From positions 11,780,001 through 11,844,000 of the forward strand of contig OZ024748.1 in the NCBI GenBank assembly GCA_964016885.1: a DNA stretch of 64,000 nt, in the 5' to 3' direction. Positions within the stretch are counted from its first letter, which is position 1; the number at the start of each line of letters is the position of its first letter. The translations under genes were made by a program, and so were the position numbers. This document shows positions 1-14,475 of the stretch, in pieces. The notes beneath the pieces are model-generated. The model was given only the letters and a program-made list of their open reading frames with translations. It had not been told where the DNA came from and ran no database searches. The DNA is from Eledone cirrhosa (Eukaryota).

Positions 1-93
1 AGATTACGATATACTTCCTATTTAAAAAATGTCTCCTGAAGTATATATATGTGCATAAATATATATACATATATATATATATATATATTTATA

Positions 94-193
<100 letters not shown>

Positions 194-312
194 TGCATAT
201 ATAGATATATATTTATATATATTTATATATTAATGCATATATAGATATATATTTATGCATATATATACATATATATATATATATTTTGATGCATATATAT
301 ATATATATGCAT

Positions 313-388
<76 letters not shown>

Positions 389-693
389 GCATAAATAGAT
401 ATCTATATATATGCATTAATATATAAATATATATATTCGTAAATATATAAATATATTTGTATGCATGGATAAATATATACATATATATATATGTGTGCGT
501 GTGTGTATGTGTGCGTATGTGTCTGTGTTTGCACACACACACACATGCTATTTATAAATTCTATATGAAATAGTTCCTATGCGTGATGTCAATGTAAGAT
601 CGTACAAACAATTGTTTCATTTTTAACGATAAATGTCACATTTTATCAACAATGATATCTGTGTAAATAGAGGGGTTTTTTGGGGTTTTTTTC

Positions 694-763
<70 letters not shown>

Positions 764-819
764 TTTCTCGATACTTCGACAGTTTTTGAGTCTGTTTTTT
801 TATTATTTTTATTATATTA

Positions 820-874
<55 letters not shown>

Positions 875-1017
875 CTAATAAAGAAATAATTACTAAATAA
901 AGAAACAATAATAATTATTGTTATTATTCTGTAATGTTTTTCTTGATGTCAGCCCTTGTGGCCAATAAAGAAATCATTATTATCATTATTATTATTATTA
1001 TTATTATTATTGTTAAG

Positions 1018-1236
1018 GGCGGTGGATTGGCAGTATCGGTAGAGGGTCGGATGCCATGCTTTGCAGCATAGAGTTACGGCCCTTTGCATTCTGAGTTCAA
1101 ATCCCACCGAGGTTAACTTAGCCATTCATCCTTACGGGGTCGATAAAATAAAGTACCAGTCACGTTCTGGGGGTCGATTTTAATCGACTTTCCCCTCCCC
1201 CAAAATTTGCTGGCCTTGTGCCTATATAAGAAACCA
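1018..1236 (+). mobile_element. tRNA-derived SINE family A (Meta-domain-like); about 25 copies or fragments in window
   Basis: A box ggattggcagtatcggtag, B box gagttcaaatcc, core gcc(t/a)ttcatccttacggggtcgataaaataaagtaccag, (ATT)n tail. Other copies start near 3260, 10179, 10381, 16170, 23980, 25130, 34597, 34900, 48438, 50447, 50998, 51211, 53250, 55420, 58320, 60460, 60907 plus those listed separately. Confidence 0.9.
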
Positions 1237-1245
1237 TTGTTGTTC

Positions 1246-1278
<33 letters not shown>

Positions 1279-1578
1279 GTTGTTATTATTGTTATTATTG
1301 TTATTATTATTATTATTATTATTATTGTGTTGTGTGTCACTCAAGTGGAAATACTTGATCAAATGTTGTAGAAAAAGAAAGATTATAAACAGCACAAACT
1401 GAAAAGAAGACCAAAAAATAAAATAAAATGAAATAAAATATAATATAAAATAATAAAATTATATAAAATATAACTAATTTGTAAAATGGTAAAAAAAAAA
1501 AAAAAACACACAAGAAAAAGGAATAAATAAATTGAAGTTTTACTTCGTCAGTGATTCAATTGTTGTTGTTGTTGATGA

Positions 1579-1612
<34 letters not shown>

Positions 1613-1732
1613 GATGGTGGTGGTGATGGTGGTGGTGGTGGTGGTGATGGTGATGGTGGTGATGGCGTTGTTGGTGGTGATGTTGGGTGGTGGTGATGAT
1701 GTTGGTGATGGTGATGGTGATGGTGATGATGC

Positions 1733-1793
<61 letters not shown>

Positions 1794-1868
1794 GGTGATG
1801 GTGATGGTGATGGTGGTGATGGCGTTGTTGGTGGTGATGTTGGGTGGTGGTGATGATGTTGGTGATGT

Positions 1869-1944
<76 letters not shown>

Positions 1945-2213
1945 GGTGGTGGTGGTGGTGGTGATGATGATGATGATGCTGATGATGATGATGATGATGA
2001 TGATGATGGTGGTGGTGATGGTGTTGGTGGTGATGTTGGAGATGGTGATGATGTTGTTGTTCTTCTTCTTCTTGCTGCTGTCGTCCTTGTTGTTGTTGTT
2101 GCTACTATCATCGTTGTCGTTGTTGTTGTTGTTGTTGTTGTTGTTTTTGTTGTTGTTACTGTCGTCGTTGACGTCGTTGTTGTTGTTGTTGCTGTCGTCG
2201 TTGTTGTTGTTGT

Positions 2214-2247
<34 letters not shown>

Positions 2248-2568
2248 GCTGTTGCTGTCGTCGTTGACGTTGTTGTCGTTGTTGTTGTTATTACAGCTGC
2301 TGCTGATGTCAAAGTTCAGCCATGATCGATCAGACAGTTGTATTTAGTTGGATTCAGTAATAATTTGTGTTGTTGAACATTTAAGTATTCGATCAAGGAC
2401 ACGTCATAGGCATTGAATTAACGAGTAGTTGGCTGAGTATTCCGAAAGCACTTGTACTTTTCGCACAATTTTCGTGTGCGGCCCAGTGTAACAAATCTGG
2501 ATGATTAAATTAAAGATACAATCCTTCTGGTAGACTTACACACTGTTTCCGTCTACCAATTCTCACTT

Positions 2569-2856
2569 GGAGGCGCGTGGTCTAGTGGTAAAGGTGTTGG
2601 ACTTACGATCATAATGTCGTGGGTTCAATTTCCTAGATTGGGTTGTGTGTTATGTTCTTGAGCAAAACACTTCATTTCAAGTTGCTGCAGTATACGCAGC
2701 TGAAAATGAGTACCAGCAGTAGCTGAGGGGATTAACCCTGCGATGGACTGGCGTCTCTTCCATGGGGAGAGGAAGTATTGTACTTTCAGCCGCTTCACGC
2801 CACGGAAATCAGGATAAGCACTGGTCTGGTGAGCCTTCGGGCTCGAGACAAACTTT
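2569..2856 (+). mobile_element. tRNA-derived SINE family B (CORE-like) with V-domain-like tail
   Basis: Head ggaggcgcgtggtctagtggtaa..gggttcaatt, ttcttgagcaaaacactt core, ccctgcgatggactggcgtc; relatives at 4410-4965, 39415-39645, 54686-54931 (all minus). Confidence 0.85.
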
Positions 2857-2995
2857 GTAGATCAATGCAATAGCCTGCTCGTGAAATTATCGTTTAAGTG
2901 GCTGAGCATCCCCACAGATATGTGTGTCTTTAATATAAATCTTGGGGAGATTCAGAATTATACAGTGTGTGTGTGTGTGTGTGTGCGTGTGTGTT

Positions 2996-3082
<87 letters not shown>

Positions 3083-5094
3083 CAAGACTGGTCCTTCCAA
3101 CTACAGACATACAGACATAGCTCCATCCTACGAGTTTTATAAACAGTTTCCACTTACTCAATTTCACTCACAAGGAATGGGTCAACCCGAAGCTATCGTA
3201 AATATATACTTGTCCAAGATGTCACGAAGGGAGATTTAACCGTGATCTTATTAATGATTTGTTCCCGATTCAGGCACAAGGCCAACAATTTTTGGGGAGA
3301 GGGGAAAGTTGATTAAATCAACCCCAGTGCATTACTGGTACTTTATATTATCGATCCTGTATGGATGAAAGGGAAAGCTAGCCTCGGTGAGATTTGAACT
3401 CAGATCATAAAAAGTGTTATCTCTATGCCCCGAAGCATGGTGTCCGACACTCTACCGATTCTGTCAATCCACCATAATCTTATTAATGATTGCCAAGTAA
3501 ACATCTTTACCACTCTGCCACGCTACATCCTTAACAATGAAACTAACTTACTACAAAACATCTAGTGAGGTACATTACCACTTTAGCTACGTCAACATCC
3601 ATCTAATCAATAATATAGATTTCATGTTCTTTATCCAATGGGATGTGCAGCATTCATACTTCTCCCAAACAGGATTTGGATTGCGTTCAAATCCTGTTGG
3701 AAGCGACAGCCGTCCCACCATCCCATTACTACAACCACCACCACTTCTTTCTCCTTCTCTCTTCCCACTGCGACAAAGTTGTAAAACACGAGGAGAGTAT
3801 TTAGAGACAGAGAGATCATCTCTCAGTTCACTGTGTTACCGCTACCACCACCACCACCACAACTACCACCACCACTACCACCTACTGGCAGAACCATTAC
3901 CACCACCACCACCACCACCACCACCACCACCACAACTACCACCACCACTACCACCTACCGGCAGAACCATTACCACCACCATCACCCCAACCCACCACCA
4001 CCACCAACACCACCACCACTACCCACCACCATTACCACCACCACCACCACTACCACCACCACCACTACCACTACCACCACCACCCACCACCACCACCACC
4101 ACCACCACCACCACCCGCCACCACCACCACCCTCACCATTACTGAGTTGTCTCCTCACCTTCTGTCGAAGAGATGATAGACAAATGACAAAGAAATTAGC
4201 AGACAGTGAAAGAGAAAATTATTCAAGCATTTCATTATAATTATTTTGATATTACAATATTGATTATCAATACTCTATTATTATTCAAGGCTGTGTGGTT
4301 ATGAAGTTTGTTTCGCAACTATCAGGTCTCGGTTTCGATCCCACTGTATGACATCTGAAACAAGTTTATTTTATTGTAGTGTGGTGTCACTCTAAGATTA
4401 GTAAATGAAAATTCCAAGTCTAAAGTCTGTCTCGAGCCCGGAAGCTCATCAAGCCTGTGTGACTGAGAGTACAAGACTCCCCCCTGGACAGGACACCAGT
4501 CCATCACAGGTTTAAAGACTGTTTCAAGCACCAAGAAGATCATCAAGCCGGTGTGACTGAGAGTACAAGACTCCCCCCTGGACAAGACGCCAGTCCATCA
4601 CAGGATTAAAGACTGTTTCAAGTACCAAAAGTTTCATTAGGCCGGTGCGTATCCCGTCAAGAGACTGAGAGTACAAGACTCCCCCTGGACAAGACGGCAG
4701 TCCATCGCAGGATTAAAGACTGTCTCGATCCCAGAGGGTCATCAGGCCGGTACTTATCTCACTGGCGTGAAGCGAGTACAAGACTTCCCATGGACAGGAC
4801 ACCAGTCCATCAGATGGTTAAACCCCCAGCTATTCAGTTTCAAGTACTCATTTTCAGTTGAGTATACTGGAGCAACATGAAATGAAGTGTTTTGCTCAAG
4901 AACACAACACACAACCCAAAAATCGAAACCATATTATGATCGTAAGTCCAACACTCTTACCACAAGTGGGTAACTGCGTGTGAGTCTATCAGAATGATTG
5001 TATCTTTAATCTAAACGACCAGATTTCTTACATATTTATTTGTTTTATGCTGATATGACCCCTTCACCCTCTCTTCCACACCGGACTGCACGCG

Positions 5095-5518
5095 AAAATT
5101 CTATTAAGGGTATTTACCATTACCTCTAGGCCACACGTCTCCATTGATCAAACAGCTGGTAACTATTCGTCGATAGCGACGGAGACCCATTCTATTCCAT
5201 AAAATTCTATTAAGGGTATTTACCATTACCACTAGGCCACACGCCTCCATTGATCAAACAGCTGGTAACTATTCGTCGATAGCGACGGAGACCCATTCTA
5301 TTCCATAAAATTCTATTAAGGGTATTTACCATTACCTCTAGGCCACACGTCTCCATTGATCAAACAGCTGGTAACTATTCGTCGATAGCGACGGAGACCC
5401 ATTCTATTCCATAAAATTCTATTAAGGGTATTTACCATTACCACTAGGCCACACGCCTCCATAGATCAAACAGCTGGAAACCTTTCGTCGACAGCGACGG
5501 AGACCCATTCTATTCCAT
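5095..5518. repeat. 106-bp tandem repeat x4
   Basis: Unit aaaattctattaagggtatttacc...ccattctattccat starts at 5095, 5201, 5307, 5413. Confidence 0.95.
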
Positions 5519-5637
5519 CATCGTTAATCAACCATTCGCCTACACTTGTTTCTACTCAAAATTTCCACCAGACAATAGATAATAGGTTGTCTCTTTCTAT
5601 TCTGTCTTTTTTTCTTCTTTTTTTTTTCTTTTTTTTT

Positions 5638-5669
<32 letters not shown>

Positions 5670-5775
5670 TCTTTTTTTTTTTTCTTTTTGTTTTTCTTTT
5701 CTCCTTGATTGGTGATGAGATACTACTATATTTTGCTTTTCGAAATTATAAATCAATATTTTCTAATATATATAC

Positions 5776-5808
<33 letters not shown>

Positions 5809-5837
5809 AATATATATATATATATGTATATTTATAT

Positions 5838-5887
<50 letters not shown>

Positions 5888-5899
5888 GTGTGTGTGTAT

Positions 5900-5930
<31 letters not shown>

Positions 5931-6360
5931 CACACACACATATATATATGTGAGTGTATATGTCTGTCTGTGTGCGTGTGCGCGCGCATGTGTGTGCATG
6001 TATGATTATATGTATATTTAAGATAACATGATTCAAATTTAAATATATATGAATACACACAAACATTACACACCCATGCTCTTAGTCATATACATACACA
6101 GACGTACAATCACATATATACACACACACTTATGTACGTAAATGTGTGGGTAAATATATATGAAAACAGTCACATATTTCTAGATATATATAGATAGATT
6201 TCTTTATTAGCCACAAGATATATATAGATAGATTGGTATTTACATATGCATGTCTCATATATATGTGTGTGTATACGCGTATAATTATATAAATATGTCT
6301 GGGCGCATGTACACAAGTGCGTGGGTGTACGTGTGTGTATGTACGTGAGTATTTACGGCA

Positions 6361-6432
<72 letters not shown>

Positions 6433-6570
6433 ATATATATATATGTATGTATGTATGTATATATATGTATATAGGGTGTATATATCGTGTATGTGTATGA
6501 GTTTGATGGCAACTAATGAACATCTTTCAAACTGAGAAATCATGAGCAAAAGGATTTCAAAACGTTTCAC

Positions 6571-6664
<94 letters not shown>

Positions 6665-6692
6665 CGGCAGCAGCAGCAGCAGCAACAGCAGC

Positions 6693-6746
<54 letters not shown>

Positions 6747-6759
6747 CATATGTATTTAG

Positions 6760-6965
6760 GTGGGATCAAGGACCTCCAACACGATAAACACTTACAATTT
6801 TGAACTGGGATCAAGGACCTCCAGAGCTACAAACACTTACAATTTTGAACTGGGATCAAGGACCTCCAGAGCTACAAACACTTACAATTTTGAACTGGGA
6901 TCAAGGACCTCCAGAGCTACAAACACTTACAATTTTGAACTGGGATCACGGACATCCAACGCTAC
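6760..6965. repeat. 36-bp minisatellite, about 5.5 copies
   Basis: tgggatcaaggacctccagagctacaaacacttacaattttgaac. Confidence 0.9.
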
Positions 6966-7052
6966 ATTTGTTGATTTCCACGGATCAGCGAACCACCGAT
7001 TGAGTACCATTGCTCTAAACGTTTGAACGTTTATACACTAGTATATATGTGA

Positions 7053-7290
7053 GTGAAGATGCATGGATTAGTCGTTAGACAGTTGGATTCACAGCTGTGA
7101 GATTGTGAGTTCGATTCCCAAACTGAGTGATGCATTAAGTCCTTAAGCAAGACATTTTATTTCACGTTGCTCTTTCTACCAGGAATTGCTTTGGAAAGAC
7201 CAATGGAAACTGTGTTTCCTTGGTCCGATATGACGAGTTCTACCCCACTCGGAAACCGAATGAGGTCTGTGATCTTGTCGATTCGGATAA
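7053..7290 (+). mobile_element. SINE family B, tail type iii
   Basis: Same head and core; tail shared with 25430-25695 and 55650-55870 (minus). Confidence 0.78.
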
Positions 7291-7312
7291 CTATATGTAA
7301 GAGTGTATGTAC

Positions 7313-7381
<69 letters not shown>

Positions 7382-7554
7382 TGTTTGCGTGTGCATGTGT
7401 GTGAATGTGCACTTGTGTGTGTGTGCGTGAGGGTGTGTGTGCGTGCGTGTATGTGTGTGAAAGCGTGTGTGGGAGTATGCGTATGTGTGTGAGCGTGTGT
7501 GTGTATAAGTGCTTGTGGAAGTGTATGTATGTGTGCGCCTATGTATGTCTGCGT

Positions 7555-7596
<42 letters not shown>

Positions 7597-7988
7597 GTAT
7601 AGATGTATAGATGTATGTATATAAGTGTCTATATGTGTATATATATATATATGTATATATGTATGTAGGTGTGTGTGGCTATGTATGTATGTATGTATGT
7701 ATGTATATGTATATATGTATGTATAGATGTATGTATATGTGTGTCTATGTGCATATAATGTGTGTATGTGTATATAATGTATAATATTCCCTTCCTATAC
7801 TAACTAATCAGGAGAATACAAAGAAATATCTTTAAAATGGAATTGGTTCCCAGACTTTAGATTCATTAGTTTAACGAAGCATGCAGTAAAGGCTATACCA
7901 GAAAAAATACACACATACACACTATATATATATATATATAAATGTATGTATATGTATGTATATAAATGTATGCATATGTATGTATATG

Positions 7989-8071
<83 letters not shown>

Positions 8072-8142
8072 ATGTATGTATGTATATAATGAAAAGTCAA
8101 TAAAAGAAATTAAAAAAACCAACGGCATTAGATTAACACTTT

Positions 8143-8218
<76 letters not shown>

Positions 8219-8445
8219 CTGCGCATGCGTGTGTGTAAATCAGGATGGATTCAGTTTGAAACTGGTTAGACCATTACTCAACAGAGTACTCGATACTTAT
8301 GGTAGGCCTCTTTATTATATATATGCGCATACATATATATATATATATATACACACACACATACACACATATACATACATATATATATATGGTTGAGTGT
8401 GTGTTAGTCTGTGTGCGTATGTCTCTCTTTATATATATATAATAT

Positions 8446-8481
<36 letters not shown>

Positions 8482-8980
8482 GGCTGCTTTTCTATTCTCT
8501 TTGTATAAAATATGACAGTGGAGCAAAAGAACAAAAGAACAAACAAACAAACAATCAAACAAACAACAAAAATTCTGTTAAGAAATTATCAAAATATAAT
8601 TCCAAGAATAAAAAGACAAAATAAATTACAAAATAAATTACAAAAGAATTATATTCCTTTGATATTTCAAACGACATCAAAAGAGGAGAAATAATGCAGG
8701 AACAACAACTATAACAACTAAATGAACAACAACAACTATAACTATAACAACAACAACAACAACAACCACTATAATAACAGCTACAATACCAATAACAACA
8801 ACAACAATGACAACAACAAAAACAACAACAACAACGACGACAACGACGACAACAACTAAATCTACAGCTACAACAACAACTATAACGACCGTTACAACAA
8901 CAACAACTATAACAACAGCTACAACAACAATAACAAGGATGACAACACTAACTACAATAACAACAACTATAACAACAGCT

Positions 8981-9011
<31 letters not shown>

Positions 9012-9202
9012 CTATAACAACAGCTACAACAACAACAACAATAACAAGGATGACAACAATAACTACAATAACAACAACTATAACAACAGCTACAACAACA
9101 ACAACAACAACTATAACAACAGCTACAACAACAACAACAACTATAACAACAGCTACAACAACAACAACAATTATAACAACAGCTGCAACAGCTACAATAA
9201 TA

Positions 9203-9392
9203 ACTGTTTCTACTTTTGGCACAAGGCCAGCAATTACACCAGTGAATTACTGGTACTTTATTTTATCGACCCCCGTAAGGATGAAAGGCAAAGTTAACCC
9301 CGGCGGGATTTGAACTCAGAATGGCAAGGGCCGTAACTCTATGCGTCAAAGCATGGCGTCCGACCCTCTACCGATACTGCCAATCCACCGCC
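9203..9392 (-). mobile_element. SINE family A, young short subfamily
   Basis: Near-identical to copies at 21741, 37507 and 47091. Confidence 0.9.
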
Positions 9393-9804
9393 ATAACAGC
9401 TACAAGAATAACAACAACAATTATAACAGCTGCCGCAACAACAACAACAACAACAACGAAACTGCCTAAATTAATTGCTGAAAGTATAATGGACAATTCT
9501 AGAACGAGACGGAACCAGAATAGCTGAGAATATATCATTTTCGACATTATCATACTAAAACATACACACACGTGTAAACATACATATATACTAAATACAC
9601 AAACATACACACATACATACATACATACATACATACATACATTGATACATACATACATACATGCATACATACATACATTGATATATACATACATATATGC
9701 ATACATATATATAAGCACACATATTTAACCTCAAAAATATAATTCTAAAAAAATATCTTAAATTTACTTTTTAACACAAAAGAGGGAGAGCTGTTTCCAG
9801 CTAT

Positions 9805-9885
<81 letters not shown>

Positions 9886-9888
9886 ATA

Positions 9889-9927
<39 letters not shown>

Positions 9928-9938
9928 GTGTGTGTATA

Positions 9939-10036
<98 letters not shown>

Positions 10037-10108
10037 TTAAAACAGAAAACAAAAACAATAACGAAGAGTGCAGTACGAAGTGTTAGTATTAGGTTCATGC
10101 TTGAGAGA

Positions 10109-10180
<72 letters not shown>

Positions 10181-10554
10181 CTGTTTCTACATTTGGCACA
10201 AGGCCAGCGATTACCCAGTGGATTACTGGTACTTTATTTTATCGACCCCGTAAGGATGAAAGGCAAAGTTAACCTTGGCGGGATTTGAACCCAGACCGTA
10301 AAGGGACATAACTATGCTGGAAAGCATGGCGTCCGACCCTCTACCGATACTGCCAATCCACCGTTCCATATATATATATAACTGTTTCTACGTTAGGCAC
10401 AAGGCCAGCAATTACCCAGTGCATTACTGGTACTTTATTTTATCGACCCCGTAGAACGGCGATGAATTAGTTTTGCGAAAACCAACCAAACAGTGAGTGT
10501 GTCTTGTTATTAATTCTGGCAATATTATTACACAAATAGACTCTCCCCAAGTAT

Positions 10555-10628
<74 letters not shown>

Positions 10629-11003
10629 CGTTTCTGAATTTGTTTAGCAAGATTCTTATCTGAAAACCGATATTGTTATACTTATAAATATAAACACACA
10701 CAGACACCCGGATGTAACACATGCGCAAACTAAGCACACAACACACACAAAAACAAGATGGCGTAGGACAGAACAAAGGAGAGGCACAAAAACAAAGAAA
10801 AGAATCCCCAGTCACTGAAGAGGTCACAGAATGTGTGACGAAAGAACTTTGACAATATATAAACAATCATCTGGTTGTGGAATCAACCAACCAACCAACC
10901 AGAAATTTATAAATTCCTAAATTTATAAATTTATTATAATAAATTGAAGAGAAAGCAACTGGTGCGTGTGTTTCTTATTGGCAATATGACCCTCCCAAAG
11001 TAT

Positions 11004-11114
<111 letters not shown>

Positions 11115-11234
11115 TTTCTAAAGAATGAAACAGTTCTAGTCCTGTAGAATTTCATCTAAATTAAAACTGTTATACTCTGCCATGTATTGAGTACCTTACT
11201 TACTGTGGTTACCTCCGATTCAACCCGGAATAAC

Positions 11235-11277
<43 letters not shown>

Positions 11278-11466
11278 TGTAGAGGTGAAAGATAATTGCG
11301 TCCGTGGGTGGTAGTAGGTGGTACGCCGAGTGACGATCTTTCGATTCCAGAGTCAGGTTCGATCAATAATAGATCGTTCCTCGAGCTGTTAGACAGTGAA
11401 ACATATGTAATATGTTATTAAATATGTAATGATGCAACACTGATTCTTTGTTCCTTTATTCTTATA

Positions 11467-11546
<80 letters not shown>

Positions 11547-12296
11547 TTCGAGAGTAAACTAATCTTAAATAGAGAGATGGAGATAGGAGAGGAGAAGAGA
11601 GATTGGTGAAGGTGTTAGAAGCCAAAAGCGTAAAGGCATGGGAGGCAGCTAGAGAGCTGGGTTCATGCAGAGATTAGGTGCACAGAGCTGGAAATATTCA
11701 TTTGTTAAGCAAAACGAGACCACAAAATTCACATGGAAGACGTTGGTTAAAGAGTGTCAACATAGTTGCAGTTTAATGTAAGGAATAAGGAGTGTAATTG
11801 TAGTTTAATGTAAGGAATAATAATGTCCGTTTACAATTGTTTCGCTACTCCATATAATGTTTCTGGATCACTCGATTATCAGATCGTTATTGATCTGGTT
11901 CAGATGAAGATAAGTAACTTAAGTAATGTTATGGAGCAGCTCTTCAGAACTTCAAATGAGATAATGAAAATATTGATAAAGATAAGATGGAATAAGAAAT
12001 ATAAAATAAAGTAAAGTAAGATGGTTACGTGACTGTAAGGTTACATAGATTGGCATTTCACGAAAGGGGTCCTGGATATCTCAAATGTTTGCTATAAACA
12101 AGCATTGCGCTTCTGTCGAGGCTGTATTAAGCAAGATCTGCCTATGCGTAACAAGATGGCTACTTTAGGAAATTTATCTTACTAATTAGTAAGATAAATT
12201 TCCTAAAGTAACCATATTAAACTATATTAAACATTTATACTCTGCTATGTATTGAGTACCTTACTGTGGTTACGCCCGATTGAACCCGGGATAAAC

Positions 12297-12328
<32 letters not shown>

Positions 12329-12506
12329 ATATATATATATATACACACACATATATATATATATATACACACACATATATGTATGTATATATATATATAT
12401 ATGCACGTGTGTCTGTATATATATACAGTATGTATGTAGACAGACATATACACATGTATATACATATGTACATATATATATATACAGAGAAAGAGAGAGA
12501 GACGCG

Positions 12507-12601
<95 letters not shown>

Positions 12602-12884
12602 ACAGCGATAAAGCGATAAACTACATCTATTTTCTACCATTCTTCAGTACAGTTATATCATATTATTAGAAATACTGGGCACATTTATTTTTGGAATATG
12701 TGTAGACTATACAACATGGTGGGCGTAAATCCAGCTTAACATTTCTTCCGGTGAATTAACCAGACAACTAAATGACCTTTTTCGGGATGTTTTCGTTTGT
12801 GTTTTTTAATTATTCCTAATAACATTTCTTAGCAATAATATCTAATCTCTGTGAATTTTATGCTTGATGTTTTCTTATTTCTAA

Positions 12885-12992
<108 letters not shown>

Positions 12993-13003
12993 ATATATAT
13001 ATA

Positions 13004-13146
<143 letters not shown>

Positions 13147-13147
13147 G

Positions 13148-13362
<215 letters not shown>

Positions 13363-13498
13363 TGGAACTAGGTGTGGAAACTGCAACAGCTCAGCCGTTG
13401 GGGTCACGACACTTGATAGTATAACTATACTCTACAGCCCCAAGTATCGTGTAATCTGTTGAGTAATGGTCTAACCACTTTCAAACTGAATCCATTCT

Positions 13499-13548
<50 letters not shown>

Positions 13549-13828
13549 GGCTTTGACATAACATAGACCACTTTTTTACCTTGATCTATTCTTCGGAAAG
13601 TCTTTACTCTATATATACATGATAAAACGATACACAAATAGATATCAAGAAGCCCTAGGACTTACAAATATATACAGCATGTAGAAAATAGCACTATTAG
13701 GCTGCAAACATATTACAATACAATAGAAATAACAATACCAAAAACAACACTGTACATAATCAAGACACACAAAGCTATGCTCATTAATGCAGTGACGATA
13801 CGTAATGAAAATAATACTAATATAAATA

Positions 13829-14014
13829 ATTGTTTCTACTTTAGGCACAAGGCCAGCAATTACCCAGTGCATTACTGGTACTTTATTTTATCGACCCCGT
13901 AAGGATGAAAGGCAAAGTCAACCTCGGCGGGATTTGAACTCAGATCGTAAAGGGACGTAACTATGCTGGAAAGCATGGCGTCAGACCCTCTACCGATACT
14001 GCCAATCCACCGCC
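13829..14014 (-). mobile_element. SINE family A
   Basis: Full-length A/B box head plus core. Confidence 0.9.
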
Positions 14015-14047
14015 CCTGAATACTAATATAAATAATAATTTGTTGGC

Positions 14048-14389
14048 CCCCATTGGTCACTAATGACCATGGTTTTGCCCCTAGAAAGTTTCCTTCCGAG
14101 GCACAAGCCTGGGCAATGTTTTGTTTGTGGAAGATCAGCAGTCACCCATGTATGCAGCCCCCCCCCCCCCCTCCCCTCTCCACGCCACCGATGTTGTCCA
14201 AGAGAAAGGTAATGGCCTATACGGCTTGGCACTAGTGATGTCGCAACTCGTTTCCACAACTGAGTGAACTGAAGCAACGTGAAATAAAGTATCTTGCTCA
14301 AGAACACAACGTATCATTCGGTCCGAAAATAGAACTCACAACCTCTCATTTGCAAGCCCAACGTTCTAACCCCTAAGCCATGCGCCCTC
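14048..14389 (-). mobile_element. SINE family B, tail type ii
   Basis: Same head and core, different tail; relatives at 33591-33916 (+), 40985-41230 (-), 57866-58172 (-). Confidence 0.85.
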
Positions 14390-14394
14390 ACACA

Positions 14395-14456
<62 letters not shown>

Positions 14457-14475
14457 TAATAATAATAATAATAAT

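Noticed and set aside
1018-1110. A/B boxes as tRNA genes
   Set aside because: They continue into the SINE core and tail and do not form a full cloverleaf.
2820-2856. ctggtgagcc-ttcg-ggctcgagac hammerhead-like hairpin
   Set aside because: It lacks the CUGAUGA/GAAA core and is the ordinary 3' tail of SINE-B, with similar sequence in other copies.
11690-12110. Possible hAT/Charlie transposase remnant
   Set aside because: Only vague peptide resemblance; cannot be supported without a search.
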